Positions 12,601-25,600 of a stretch of 64,000 nucleotides of DNA are shown here, in pieces. Location: contig OZ024743.1 in the NCBI GenBank assembly GCA_964016885.1, forward strand, positions 135,594,001 through 135,658,000. Direction: 5' to 3'. Position 1 is the stretch's first letter. Each line of letters opens with the position of its first letter. Both the position numbers and the translations under genes were made by a program. The notes under the pieces were generated by a model. The model had not been told where the DNA came from. It was given only the letters and a program-made list of their open reading frames with translations, and ran no database searches. Source of the stretch: Eledone cirrhosa (lineage: Eukaryota).

Positions 12601-15600
12601 TTTGGTGCTTGTTGCTTGGTGTTTTGTGTTTGGTTTTTGGTGCTTGGTGCTTGGTGCTTGGTCCTTGGTGTTTGGTGCTGGGTGCTTTGTGTTTGGTGCT
12701 TGGTGCTTGATGCTTGGTGTTTTGTGTTTGGTGCTTGGTGCTTGGTGTTTGGTGCTTGGTGCTTGGTGCTAGGTGTTTGTACTTGGTGCTTGGTGTTTGG
12801 TTCTTGGTTCTTGGTGTTTGGTACTTGGTGCTTGGTGCTTGGTGCTTGGTGTTCGTTGCTTGGTGTTTGGTGCTTGGTGCTTGGTGTTTGGTGCTTGGTG
12901 TTTGGTGTTTGGTGCTTGGTGCTTGGTGTTTGGTGTTTGCTGTTTGCTGTTTGCTGTTTGCTGTTTGCTGTTTGGTGTTTGCTGTTTGCTGTTTGGTGTC
13001 TGCTTTTTGGTGTTTGGTGTTTGCTGTATGTTGTTTGCTGTTTGGTGTTTGGTGTTTGGTATTTGGTGTTTGGTGCTTGGTGCTTGGTGTTTGGTGCTTG
13101 GTGCTTGGTGTTTGGTGCCTGGTGCTTGGTGCTTGTTGTTTGGTGTTTGGTGCTTGGTGCTTGGTGCTTGGAGTTTGGTGTTTGGTGCTTGTTGCTTGGT
13201 GTTTTGTGTTTGGTGTTTGGTTTTTGGTGCTTGGTGCTTGGTGCTTGGTCCTTGGTGTTTGGTGCTGCGTCCTTTGTGTTTGGTGCTTGGTGCTTTGTGC
13301 TTGGTGTTTGGTGTTTGCTGCTTGGTGTTTGGTGCTTGGTGCTTCGTGCTTGGTGTTTTGTGTTTGGTGCTTGGTGCTTGGTGTTTGGTGCTTGGTGCTT
13401 GGTGCTTGGTGTTTGGTGCTTGGTGCTTGGTGCTTGGTGTTTGGTTCTTGGTTCTTGGTGTTTGGTACTTGGTGCTTGGTGCTTGGTGCTTGGTGTTTGG
13501 TGCTTGGTGTTTGGTGCTTGGTGCTTGGTGTTTGGTGCTTGGTGTTTGGTGCTTGGTGCTTGGTATTTGGTGTTTGGTGTTTGGTGTTTGCTGTTTGCTG
13601 TTTGGTGTTTGGTGTTTGCTGTTTGCTGTTTGGTGTCTGCTTTTTGGTGTTTGGTGTTTGCTGTATGGTGTTTGCTGTTTGGTGTTTGGTGTTTGCTGTT
13701 TGGTGTTTGGTCTTTGGTGCTTGGTGTTTGGTGCTTGGTGCTTGGTGTTTGGTGTTTGGTGCTTGGTGCTTGGTGTTTGGTGTTTGGTGCTTGGTGCTTG
13801 GTGTCTGGTGCTTGGTGCTTGGTGCTTGGTGTTTGGTGTTTGGTGTTTGGTGCTTGGTGCTTGGTGCTTGGTGTTTGGTGCTTGGTGTTTGGCGTTTGGT
13901 GCTTGTTGCTTGGTGCTTGGTGTTTGGTGCTTGGTGCTTGGTGCTGGGTGCTGGGTGCTTGGTCTTTGGTGCTTGGTGTTTGGTGTTTGGTGCTTGGTGC
14001 TTGGTGCTTGGTGTTTGGTGCTTGGTGATTAGTGTTTGGTGCTTGGTGCTTGGTGTTTGGTGTTTGGTGCTTGGTGCTTGGTGTTTGGTGCTTGGTACTT
14101 GGTGTTTGGTGCTTGGTGTTTGGTGTTTGCTGTTTGGTGTTTGGTGTTTGGTGTTTGGTGTTTGCTGTTTGGTGTCTGCTTTTTGGTGTTTGGTGTTTGC
14201 TGTATGGTGTTTGCTGTTTCGTGTTTGGTGTTTGCTGTTTGCTGTTTGGTGTTTGGTGTTTGCTGTTTGGTGTTTGGTCTTTGGTGCTTGGTGTTTGGTG
14301 CTTGGTGTTTGGTGTTTGGTGCTTGGTGTTTGGTTTTTGGTGCTTGGTGCTTTGTGCTTGGTGTTTGGTGTTTGGTGCTTGGTGCTTGGTGCTTGGTGTT
14401 TGGTGTTTGGTGCTTGGTGTTTGGTGCTTGGTGCTTGGTGTTTGGTGCTTGGTGCATGGTGTTTGGTGCCTGGTGCTTGGTGCTTGGTGTTTGGTGTTTG
14501 GTGCTTGGTGCTTGGTGCTTGGAGTTTGGTGTTTGGTGCTTGTTGCTTGGTGTTTTGTGTTTGGTTTTTGGTGCTTGGTGCTTGGTGCTTGGTCCTTGGT
14601 GTTTGGTGCTGGGTGCTTTGTGTTTGGTGCTTGGTGCTTGATGCTTGGTGTTTTGTGTTTGGTGCTTGGTGCTTGGTGTTTGGTGCTTGGTGCTTGGTGC
14701 TAGGTGTTTGTACTTGGTGCTTGGTGTTTGGTTCTTGGTTCTTGGTGTTTGGTACTTGGTGCTTGGTGCTTGGTGCTTGGTGTTCGTTGCTTGGTGTTTG
14801 GTGCTTGGTGCTTGGTGTTTGGTGCTTGGTGTTTGGTGTTTGGTGCTTGGTGCTTGGTGTTTGGTGTTTGCTGTTTGCTGTTTGCTGTTTGCTGTTTGCT
14901 GTTTGGTGTTTGCTGTTTGCTGTTTGGTGTCTGCTTTTTGGTGTTTGGTGTTTGCTGTATGTTGTTTGCTGTTTGGTGTTTGGTGTTTGGTATTTGGTGT
15001 TTGGTGCTTGGTGCTTGGTGTTTGGTGCTTGGTGCTTGGTGTTTGGTGCCTGGTGCTTGGTGCTTGTTGTTTGGTGTTTGGTGCTTGGTGCTTGGTGCTT
15101 GGAGTTTGGTGTTTGGTGCTTGTTGCTTGGTGTTTTGTGTTTGGTGTTTGGTTTTTGGTGCTTGGTGCTTGGTGCTTGGTCCTTGGTGTTTGGTGCTGCG
15201 TCCTTTGTGTTTGGTGCTTGGTGCTTTGTGCTTGGTGTTTGGTGTTTGCTGCTTGGTGTTTGGTGCTTGGTGCTTCGTGCTTGGTGTTTTGTGTTTGGTG
15301 CTTGGTGCTTGGTGTTTGGTGCTTGGTGCTTGGTGCTTGGTGTTTGGTGCTTGGTGCTTGGTGCTTGGTGTTTGGTTCTTGGTTCTTGGTGTTTGGTACT
15401 TGGTGCTTGGTGCTTGGTGCTTGGTGTTTGGTGCTTGGTGTTTGGTGCTTGGTGCTTGGTGTTTGGTGCTTGGTGTTTGGTGCTTGGTGCTTGGTATTTG
15501 GTGTTTGGTGTTTGGTGTTTGCTGTTTGCTGTTTGGTGTTTGGTGTTTGCTGTTTGCTGTTTGGTGTCTGCTTTTTGGTGTTTGGTGTTTGCTGTATGGT

Positions 15601-18265
15601 GTTTGCTGTTGTGTGTTTGGTGTTTGCTGTTTGGTGTTTGGTCTTTGGTGCTTGGTGTTTGGTGCTTGGTGCTTGGTGTTTGGTGTTTGGTGCTTGGTGC
15701 TTGGTGTTTGGTGTTTGGTGCTTGGTGCTTGGTGTCTGGTGCTTGGTGCTTGGTGCTTGGTGTTTGGTGTTTGGTGTTTGGTGCTTGGTGCTTGGTGCTT
15801 GGTGTTTGGTGCTTGGTGTTTGGCGTTTGGTGCTTGTTGCTTGGTGCTTGGTGTTTGGTGCTTGGTGCTTGGTGCTGGGTGCTGGGTGCTTGGTCTTTGG
15901 TGCTTGGTGTTTGGTGTTTGGTGCTTGGTGCTTGGTGCTTGGTGTTTGGTGCTTGGTGATTAGTGTTTGGTGCTTGGTGCTTGGGGTTTGGTGTTTGGTG
16001 CTTGGTGCTTGGTGTTTGGTGCTTGGTACTTGGTGTTTGGTGCTTGGTGTTTGGTGTTTGCTGTTTGGTGTTTGGTGTTTGGTGTTTGGTGTTTGCTGTT
16101 TGGTGTCTGCTTTTTGGTGTTTGGTGTTTGCTGTATGGTGTTTGCTGTTTCGTGTTTGGTGTTTGCTGTTTGCTGTTTGGTGTTTGGTGTTTGCTGTTTG
16201 GTGTTTTGTCTTTGGTGCTTGGTGTTTGGTGCTTGGTGATTGGTGTTTGGTGCTTGGTGTTTGGTTTTTGGTGCTTGGTGTTTGGTGCTTGGTGTTTGGT
16301 GTTTGGTGCTTGGTGCTTGGTGCTTGGTGTTTGGTGTTTGGTGCTTGGTGTTTGGTGCTTGGTGCTTGGTGTTTGGTGCTTGGTGCATGGTGTTTGGTGC
16401 CTGGTGCTTGGTGCTTGGTGTTTGGTGTTTGGTGCTTGGTGCTTGGTGCTTGGAGTTTGGTGTTTGGTGCTTGTTGCTTGGTGTTTTGTGTTTGGTTTTT
16501 GGTGCTTGGTGCTTGGTGCTTGGTCCTTGGTGTTTGGTGCTGGGTGCTTTGTGTTTGGTGCTTGGTGCTTGATGCTTGGTGTTTTGTGTTTGGTGCTTGG
16601 TGCTTGGTGTTTGGTGCTTGGTGCTTGGTGCTAGGTGTTTGTACTTGGTGCTTGGTGTTTGGTTCTTGGTTCTTGGTGTTTGGTACTTGGTGCTTGGTGC
16701 TTGGTGCTTGGTGTTCGTTGCTTGGTGTTTGGTGCTTGGTGCTTGGTGTTTGGTGCTTGGTGTTTGGTGTTTGGTGCTTGGTGCTTGGTGTTTGGTGTTT
16801 GCTGTTTGCTGTTTGCTGTTTGCTGTTTGCTGTTTGGTGTTTGCTGTTTGCTGTTTGGTGTCTGCTTTTTGGTGTTTGGTGTTTGCTGTATGTTGTTTGC
16901 TGTTTGGTGTTTGGTGTTTGGTATTTGGTGTTTGGTGCTTGGTGCTTGGTGTTTGGTGCTTGGTGCTTGGTGTTTGGTGCCTGGTGCTTGGTGCTTGTTG
17001 TTTGGTGTTTGGTGCTTGGTGCTTGGTGCTTGGAGTTTGGTGTTTGGTGCTTGTTGCTTGGTGTTTTGTGTTTGGTGTTTGGTTTTTGGTGCTTGGTGCT
17101 TGGTGCTTGGTCCTTGGTGTTTGGTGCTGCGTCCTTTGTGTTTGGTGCTTGGTGCTTTGTGCTTGGTGTTTGGTGTTTGCTGCTTGGTGTTTGGTGCTTG
17201 GTGCTTCGTGCTTGGTGTTTTGTGTTTGGTGCTTGGTGCTTGGTGTTTGGTGCTTGGTGCTTGGTGCTTGGTGTTTGGTGCTTGGTGCTTGGTGCTTGGT
17301 GTTTGGTTCTTGGTTCTTGGTGTTTGGTACTTGGTGCTTGGTGCTTGGTGCTTGGTGTTTGGTGCTTGGTGTTTGGTGCTTGGTGCTTGGTGTTTGGTGC
17401 TTGGTGTTTGGTGCTTGGTGCTTGGTATTTGGTGTTTGGTGTTTGGTGTTTGCTGTTTGCTGTTTGGTGTTTGGTGTTTGCTGTTTGCTGTTTGGTGTCT
17501 GCTTTTTGGTGTTTGGTGTTTGCTGTATGGTGTTTGCTGTTTGGTGTTTGGTGTTTGCTGTTTGGTGTTTGGTCTTTGGTGCTTGGTGTTTGGTGCTTGG
17601 TGCTTGGTGTTTGGTGTTTGGTGCTTGGTGCTTGGTGTTTGGTGTTTGGTGCTTGGTGCTTGGTGTCTGGTGCTTGGTGCTTGGTGCTTGGTGTTTGGTG
17701 TTTGGTGTTTGGTGCTTGGTGCTTGGTGCTTGGTGTTTGGTGCTTGGTGTTTGGCGTTTGGTGCTTGTTGCTTGGTGCTTGGTGTTTGGTGCTTGGTGCT
17801 TGGTGCTGGGTGCTGGGTGCTTGGTCTTTGGTGCTTGGTGTTTGGTGTTTGGTGCTTGGTGCTTGGTGCTTGGTGTTTGGTGCTTGGTGATTAGTGTTTG
17901 GTGCTTGGTGCTTGGGGTTTGGTGTTTGGTGCTTGGTGCTTGGTGTTTGGTGCTTGGTACTTGGTGTTTGGTGCTTGGTGTTTGGTGTTTGCTGTTTGGT
18001 GTTTGGTGTTTGGTGTTTGGTGTTTGCTGTTTGGTGTCTGCTTTTTGGTGTTTGGTGTTTGCTGTATGGTGTTTGCTGTTTCGTGTTTGGTGTTTGCTGT
18101 TTGCTGTTTGGTGTTTGGTGTTTGCTGTTTGGTGTTTGGTCTTTGGTGCTTGGTGTTTGGTGCTTGGTGTTTGGTGTTTGGTGCTTGGTGTTTGGTTTTT
18201 GGTGCTTGGTGCTTGGTGCTTGGTGTTTGGTGTTTGGTGCTTGGTGCTTGGTGCTTGGTGTTTGG
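6676..18265 (+). repeat. Six-copy 1931-bp HOR (first copy 1924 bp), 276 monomers including one 6-mer
   Basis: Near-identical 419-aa pseudo-ORFs start at 6987, 8911, 10842, 12773, 14704 and 16635 (offsets 1924, then 1931 x4). One GCATGG, one GCTAGG, one GCTGCGTCC and one GTTCGTTGC per copy. Confidence 0.95.
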
Positions 18266-19650
18266 TGCTTGGTGCTTGGTGTTTGGTGCTGGGTGCTTGG
18301 TGTTTGGTGCTTGGTGCTTGGTGCTTGGTGTTTGGTGCTGGGTGCTTGTTGTTTGGTGTTTGGTGCTTGGTGTTTGATGCTTGGTGTTTGATGCTTGGTG
18401 CTTGGTGCTTGGTGTTTGGTGCTTGGTGCTTGGTGTTTGTACTTGGTGCTTGGTTCTTTGTGTTTGGTGCTTGGTGCTTGGTGCTTGGTGCTTTGTGTTT
18501 GGTGCTTGGTGTTTGGTGCTTGGTGTTTGGTGCTTGGTGCCTGGTGCTTGGTGCTTGGTGCTTGGTGTTTGGTGCTTGGTGTTTGGTGCTTGGTGTTAGG
18601 TGTTTGGTGCTTGGTGCTTGGTGTTTGGTGTTTGGTGCTTGGTGTTTGGTGCTTGGTGCTTGGTGTTTGGTGTTTGGTGCTTGGTGTTTAGTGCTTGGTA
18701 CTTGGTGCTTGGTGTCAGGTGTTTGGTGCTTGGTGCTTGGTGTTTGGTTTTTGGTGCTTGGTGCTTGGTGTTTGGTGTTTGGTGCTTGCTGCAGGCTGCT
18801 TGGTGCTTGGTGATTGGTGCTTGGTGTTTGGTGCTTGGTGTTTGGTGTTTGGTGTTTGGTGCTTGGTGCTTGGTGTTTGGTGCTTGGTGCTGGGTGGTTG
18901 GTGTTTGGTGCTTGGTGTTTGGTGCTGGGTGCTTGGTGTTTGGTGCTTGGTGCTTGGTCTTTGGTGCTTGGTGTTTGGTGTTTGGTGCTTGCTGCTTGGT
19001 GTTTGGTTCTTGGTGCTTGGTGTTTGGTGCTTGGTGCTTAGTGTTTGGTGCTAGGTGCTTGGGGTTTGGTGTTTGGTGCTTGGTGTTTGGTGCTTGGTGC
19101 TTGGTATTTGGTGTTTGCTGTTTACTGTTTGGTGTTTGTTGTTTGGTGTTTGTTGTTTGGTGTTTGTTGTTTGGTGTTTGTTGTTTGGTGTTTGCTGTTT
19201 GGTGTTTGGTGTTTGTTGTTTGGTGTTTGCTGTTTGGTGTCTGCTTTTTGGTGTTTGGTGTTTGCTGTATGTTGTTTGCTGTTTGGTGTTTGGTGTTTGG
19301 TATTTGGTGTTTGGTGCTTGGTGCTTGGTGTTTGGTGCTTGGTGCTTGGTGTTTGGTGCCTGGTGCTTGGTGCTTGGTGTTTGGTGTTTGGTGCTTGGTG
19401 CTTGGTGCTTGGAGTTTGGTGTTTGGTGCTTGTTGCTTGGTGTTTTGTGTTTGGTGTTTGGTTTTTGGTGCTTGGTGCTTGGTGCTTGGTCCTTGGTGTT
19501 TGGTGCTGGGTGCTTTGTGTTTGGTGCTTGGTGCTTCGTGCTTGGTGTTTGGTGTTTGCTGCTTGGTGTTTGGTGCTTGGTGCTTGGTGCTTGGTGTTTT
19601 GTGTTTGGTGCTTGGTGCTTGGTGTTTGTACTTGGTGCTTGGTGCTTGGT

Positions 19651-22600
19651 GTTTGGTTCTTGGTTCTTGGTGTTTGGTACTTGGTGCTTGCTGCTTGGTG
19701 CTTGGTGTTTGGTGCTTGGTGTTTGGTGCTTGGTGCTTGGTGTTTGGTGCTTGGTGTTTGGTGTTTGGTGCTTGGTGTTTGGTGTTTGGTGTTTGGTGAT
19801 TGCTGTTTGCTGTTTGGTGTTTGCTGTTTGGTGTTTGGTCTTTGGTGCTTGGTGTTTGGTGCTTGGTGCTTGGTGTTTGGTGTTTGGTGCTTGGTGCTTG
19901 GTGTTTGGTGTTTGGTGCTTGGTGCTTGGTGCTTGGTGTTTGGTGTTTGGTGCTTGGTGTCTGGTGCTTGGTGTTTGGTACTTGGTGTTTGGTGTCTGGT
20001 GTTTGGTGCTTGGTGCTTGGTGTTTGGTGTTTGGTGCTTGGTGTTTGGTGTTTGGTGTTTGGTGCTTGTTGCTTGGTGCTTGGTGTTTGGTGCTTGGTGC
20101 TTGGTGTTTGGTGTTATATGCTTGGTGTTTGATGCTTGGTGCTTGGTATTTGGTGTTTGATGCTTGGTGCTTGATGCTTGGTGCTTGGTGCTTGGTGTTT
20201 GGTGCTTGGTGCTTGGTGTTTGTACTTGTTGCTTGGTGCTTGATGCTTGGTGATTGGTGTTTGGTGCTTGGTTCTTGGTGTTTGGTGCTTGGTGTTTGGT
20301 GCTTGGTGCTTGGTGTTTGGTGCTTGGTGCTTGGTGTTTGGTGTTTGGTGCTTGGTGCTTGGTTCTTGGTGTTTGGTGCTTGGTGCTTGGTGCTTGGTGT
20401 TTGGTGCTTGGTGCTTGGTGTTTGGTGCTTGGTGTTTGGTGCTTAGTGTTTGGTGCTTGGTGCTTGGTGCTTGGTGCATGGTGCTTGGTGTTTGGTGCTT
20501 GGTGTTTGGTGCTTGGTGTTAGGTGTTTGGTGCTTAGTGCTTGGTGTTTGGTGTTTGGTGCTTGGTGTTTGGTGCTTGGTGCTTGGTGTTTGGCGCTTGG
20601 TGCATGGTGTTTGGTGCCTGGTGCTTGGTGCTTGGTGTTTGGTGTTTGGTGCTTGGTGCTTGGTGGTTGGAGTTTGGTGTTTGGTGCTTGTTGCTTGGTG
20701 TTTTGTGTTTGGTTTTTGGTGCTTGGTGCTTGGTGCTTGGTCCTTGGTGTTTGGTGCTGGGTGCTTTGTGCTTGGTGCTTGGTGCTTTGTGCTTGGTGTT
20801 TGGTGTTTGCTGCTTGGTGTTTGGTGCTTGGTGCTTGATGCTTGGTGTTTTGTGTTTGGTGCTTGGTGCTTGGTGTTTGGTGCTTGGTGCTTGGTGCTAG
20901 GTGTTTGTACTTGGTGCTTGGTGTTTGGTTCTTGGTTCTTGGTGTTTGGTACTTGGTGCTTGGTGCTTGGTGCTTGGTGTTTGTTGCTTGGAGTTTGGTG
21001 CTTGGTGTTTGGTGTTTGGTGCTTGGTGCTTGGTGTTTGGTGTTTGCTGTTTGATGTTTGCTGTTTGCTGTTTGGTGTTTGGTGTTTGCTGTTTGCTGTT
21101 TGGTGTCTGCTTTTTGGTGTTTGGTGTTTGCTGTATGGTGTTTGCTGTTTGGTGTCTGGTGTTTGCTGTTTGGTGTTTGGTCTTTGGTGCTTGGTGTTTG
21201 GTGCTTGGTGCTTGGTGTTTGGTGTTTGGTGCTTGGTGCTTGGTGTTTGGTGTTTGGTGCTTGGTGCTTGGTGTTTGGTGTTTGGTGCTTGGTGTCAGGT
21301 GCTTGTTGTTTGGTGTTTGCTGTATGTTGTTTGCTGTTTGGTGTTTGGTGTTTGGTATTTGGTGTTTGGTGCTTGGTGCTTGGTGTTTGGTGCTTGGTGC
21401 TTGGTGTTTGGTGCCTGGTGCTTGGTGCTTGTTGTTTGGTGTTTGGTGCTTGGTGCTTGGTGCTTGGAGTTTGGTGTTTGGTGCTTGTTGCTTGGTGTTT
21501 TGTGTTTGGTGTTTGGTTTTTGGTGCTTGGTGCTTGGTGCTTGGTCCTTGGTGTTTGGTGCTGCGTGCTTTGTGTTTGGTGCTTGGTGCTTTGTGGTTGG
21601 TGTTTGGTGTTTGCTGCTTGGTGTTTGGTGCTTGGTGCTTCGTGCTTGGTGTTTTGTGTTTGGTGCTTGGTGCTTGGTGTTTGGTGCTTGGTGCTTGGTG
21701 CTTGGTGTTTGTACTTGGTGCTTGGTGCTTGGTGTTTGGTTCTTGGTTCTTGGTGTTTGGTACTTGGTGCTTGGTGCTTGGTGCTTGGTGTTTGGTGCTT
21801 GGTGTTTGGTGCTTGGTGCTTGGTGTTTGGTGCTTGGTGTTTGGTGCTTGGTGCTTGGTATTTGGTGTTTGGTGTTTGGTGTTTGCTGTTTGCTGTTTGG
21901 TGTTTGGTGTTTGCTGTTTGCTGTTTGCTGTCTGCTTTTTGGTGTTTGGTGTTTGCTGTATGGTGTTTGCTGTTTGGTGTTTGGTGTTTGCTGTTTGGTG
22001 TTTGGTCTTTGGTGCTTGGTGTTTGGTGCTTGGTGCTTGGTGTTTGGTGTTTGGTGCTTGGTGCTTGGTGTTTGGTGTTTGGTGCTTGGTGCTTGGTGTC
22101 TGGTGCTTGGTGCTTGGTGCTTGGTGTTTGGTGTTTGGTGTTTGGTGCTTGGTGCTTGGTGCTTGGTGTTTGGTGCTTGGTGTTTGGCGTTTGGTGCTTG
22201 TTGCTTGGTGCTTGGTGTTTGGTGCTTGGTGCTTGGTGCTGGGTGCTGGGTGCTTGGTCTTTGGTGCTTGGTGTTTGGTGTTTGGTGCTTGGTGCTTGGT
22301 GCTTGGTGTTTGGTGCTTGGTGATTAGTGTTTGGTGCTTGGTGCTTGGGGTTTGGTGTTTGGTGCTTGGTGCTTGGTGTTTGGTGCTTGGTACTTGGTGT
22401 TTGGTGCTTGGTGTTTGGTGTTTGCTGTTTGGTGTTTGGTGTTTGGTGTTTGGTGTTTGCTGTTTGGTGTCTGCTTTTTGGTGTTTGGTGTTTGCTGTAT
22501 GGTGTTTGCTGTTTCGTGTTTGGTGTTTGCTGTTTGCTGTTTGGTGTTTGGTGTTTGCTGTTTGGTGTTTGGTCTTTGGTGCTTGGTGATTGGTGCTTGG

Positions 22601-25600
22601 TGTTTGGTGTTTGGTGCTTGGTGTTTGGTTTTTGGTGCTTGGTGCTTGGTGCTTGGTGTTTGGTGTTTGGTGCTTGGTGCTTGGTGCTTGGTGTTTGGTG
22701 CTTGGTGCTTGGTGTTTGGTGCTGGGTGCTTGGTGTTTGGTGTTCGGTGTTATATGCTTGGTGTTTGATGCTTTGTGCTTGGTGTTTGATGCTTGGTGTT
22801 TGATGCTTGGTGTTTGATGCTTGGTGCTTGGTGCTTGGTGTTTGGTGCTTGGTGCTTGATGTTTGTACTTGGTGCTTGGTTCTTTGTGTTTGGTGCTTGG
22901 TGCTTGGTGCTTTGTGTTTGGTGCTTGGTGTTTGGTGCTTGGTGTTTGGTGATTGGTGCCTGGTGCTTGGTGCTTGGTGCTTGGTGTTTGGTGCTTGGTG
23001 TTTGGTGCTTGGTGTTAGGTGTTTGGTGCTTGGTGCTTGGTGTTTGGTGTTTGGTGCTTGGTGTTTGGTGCTTGGTGCTTGGTGTTTGGTGTTTGGTGCT
23101 TGGTGTTTGGTGCTTGGTACTTGGTGCTTGGTGTTAGGTGTTTGGTGCTTGGTGCTTGGTGTTTGGTTTTTGGTGCTTGGTGCTTGGTGTTTGGTGTTTG
23201 GTGCTTGCTGCTGGCTGCTTGGTGCTTGGTGATTGGTGCTTGGTGTTTGGTGCTTGGTGTTTGGTGTTTGGTATTTGGTGCTTGGTGCTTGGTGTTTGGT
23301 GCTTGGTGCTGGGTGGTTGGTGTTTGGTGCTTGGTGTTTGGTGCTGGGTGCTTGGTGTTTGGTGCTTGGTGCTTGGTCTTTGGTGCTTGGTGTTTGGTGT
23401 TTGGTGCTTGCTGCTTGGTGTTTGGTTCTTGGTGCTTGGTGTTTGGTGCTTGGTGCTTAGTGTTTGGTGCTAGGTGCTTGGGGTTTGGTGTTTGGTGCTT
23501 GGTGTTTGGTGCTTGGTGCTTGGTATTTGGTGTTTGCTGTTTACTGTTTGGTGTTTGTTGTTTGGTGTTTGTTGTTTGGTGTTTGTTGTTTGGTGTTTGT
23601 TGTTTGGTGTTTGCTGTTTGGTGTTTGGTGTTTGTTGTTTGGTGATTGCTGTTTGGTGTCTGCTTTTTGGTGTTTGGTGTTTGCTGTATGTTGTTTGCTG
23701 TTTGGTGTTTGGTGTTTGGTATTTGGTGTTTGGTGCTTGGTGCTTGGTGTTTGGTGCTTGGTGCTTGGTGTTTGGTGCCTGGTGCTTGGTGCTTGGTGTT
23801 TGGTGTTTGGTGCTTGGTGCTTGGTGCTTGGAGTTTGGTGTTTGGTGCTTGTTGCTTGGTGTTTTGTGATTGGTGTTTGGTTTTTGGTGCTTGGTGCTTG
23901 GTGCTTGGTCCTTGGTGTTTGGTGCTGGGTGCTTTGTGTTTGGTGCTTGGTGCTTCGTGCTTGGTGCTTGGTGTTTGCTGCTTGGTGTTTGGTGCTTGGT
24001 GCTTGGTGCTTGGTGTTTTGTGTTTGGTGCTTGGTGCTTGGTGTTTGTACTTGGTGCTTGGTGCTTGGTGTTTGGTTCTTGGTTCTTGGTGTTTGGTACT
24101 TGGTGCTTGCTGCTTGGTGCTTGGTGTTTGGTGCTTGGTGTTTGGTGCTTGGTGCTTGGTGTTTGGTGCTTGGTGTTTGGTGTTTGGTGCTTGGTGTTTG
24201 GTGTTTGGTGTTTGCTGTCTGCTGTTTGCTGTTTGGTGTCTGCTTTTTGGTGTTTGGTGTTTGCTGTATGGTGTTTGCTGTTTCGTGTTTGGTGTTTGCT
24301 GTTTGGTGTTTGGTCTTTGGTGCTTGGTGTTTGGTGCTTGGTGCTTGGTGTTTGGTGTTTGGTGCTTGGTGCTTGGTGTTTGGTGTTTGGAGCTTGGTGC
24401 TTGGTGCTTGGTGTTTGGTGTTTGGTGCTTGGTGTCTGGTGCTTGGTGTTTGGTGCTTGGTGTTTGGTGTCTGGTGTTTGGTGCTTGGTGCTTGGTGTTT
24501 GGTGTTTGGTGCTTGGTGTTTGGTGTTTGGTGTTTGGTGCTTGTTGCTTGGTGCTTGGTGTTTGGTGCTTGGTGCTTGGTGTTTGGTGTTATATGCTTGG
24601 TGTTTGATGCTTGGTGCTTGGTGTTTGGTGTTTGATGCTTGGTGCTTGATGCTTGGTGCTTGGTGCTTGGTGTTTGGTGCTTGGTGCTTGGTGTTTGTAC
24701 TTGTTGCTTGGTGCTTGATGCTTGGTGATTGGTGTTTGGTGCTTGGTTCTTGGTGTTTGGTGCTTGGTGTTTGGTGCTTGGTGCTTGGTGTTTGGTGCTT
24801 GGTGCTTGGTGTTTGGTGTTTGGTGCTTGGTGCTTGGTTCTTGGTGTTTGGTGCTTGGTGCTTGATGCTTGGTGTTTGGTGCTTGGTGCTTGGTGTTTGG
24901 TGCTTGGTGTTGTGGTGCTTGGTGTTTGGTGCTTGGTGCTTGGTGCTTGGTGCATGGTGCTTGGTGTTTGGTGCTTGGTGTTTGGTGCTTGGTGTTAGGT
25001 GTTTGGTGCTTAGTGCTTGGTGTTTGGTGTTTGGTGCTTGGTGTTTGGTGCTTGGTGCTTGGTGTTTGGTGTTTGGTGCTTGGTGTTTGGTGCTTGCTAC
25101 GTGGTGCTTGGTGCTTGGTGTTAGGTGTTTGGTGCTTGGTGTGTGGTGTTTGGTTTTTGGTGCTTGGTGCTTGGTGTTTGGTGTTTGGTGCTTGCTGCTG
25201 GCTGCTTGGTGTTTGGTGCTTGGTGATTGGTGCTTGGTGTTTGGTGCTTGGTGTTTGGTGTTTGGTGCTAGGTGCTTGGTGCTTGGTGTTTGGTGCTTGG
25301 TGCTTGGTGTTTGGTGTTTGGTGCTTTGTGCTTGGTGTTTGGTGCTTGGTGCTGGGTGGTTGGTGTTTGGTGCTTGGTGTTTGGTGCTGGGTGCTTGGTG
25401 TTTGGTGCTTGGTGCTTGGTCTTTGGTGCTTGGTGTTTGGTGTTTGGTGCTTGGTGCTTGGTGCTTGGTGTTTGATGCTTGGTGCTTGGTGTTTGGTGCT
25501 TGGTGCTTAGTGTTTGGTGCTAGGTGCTTGGGGTTTGGTGTTTGGTGCTTGGTGCTTGGTGCTTGGTGTTTGGTGCTTGGTGCTTGGTGCTTGGTCTTTG

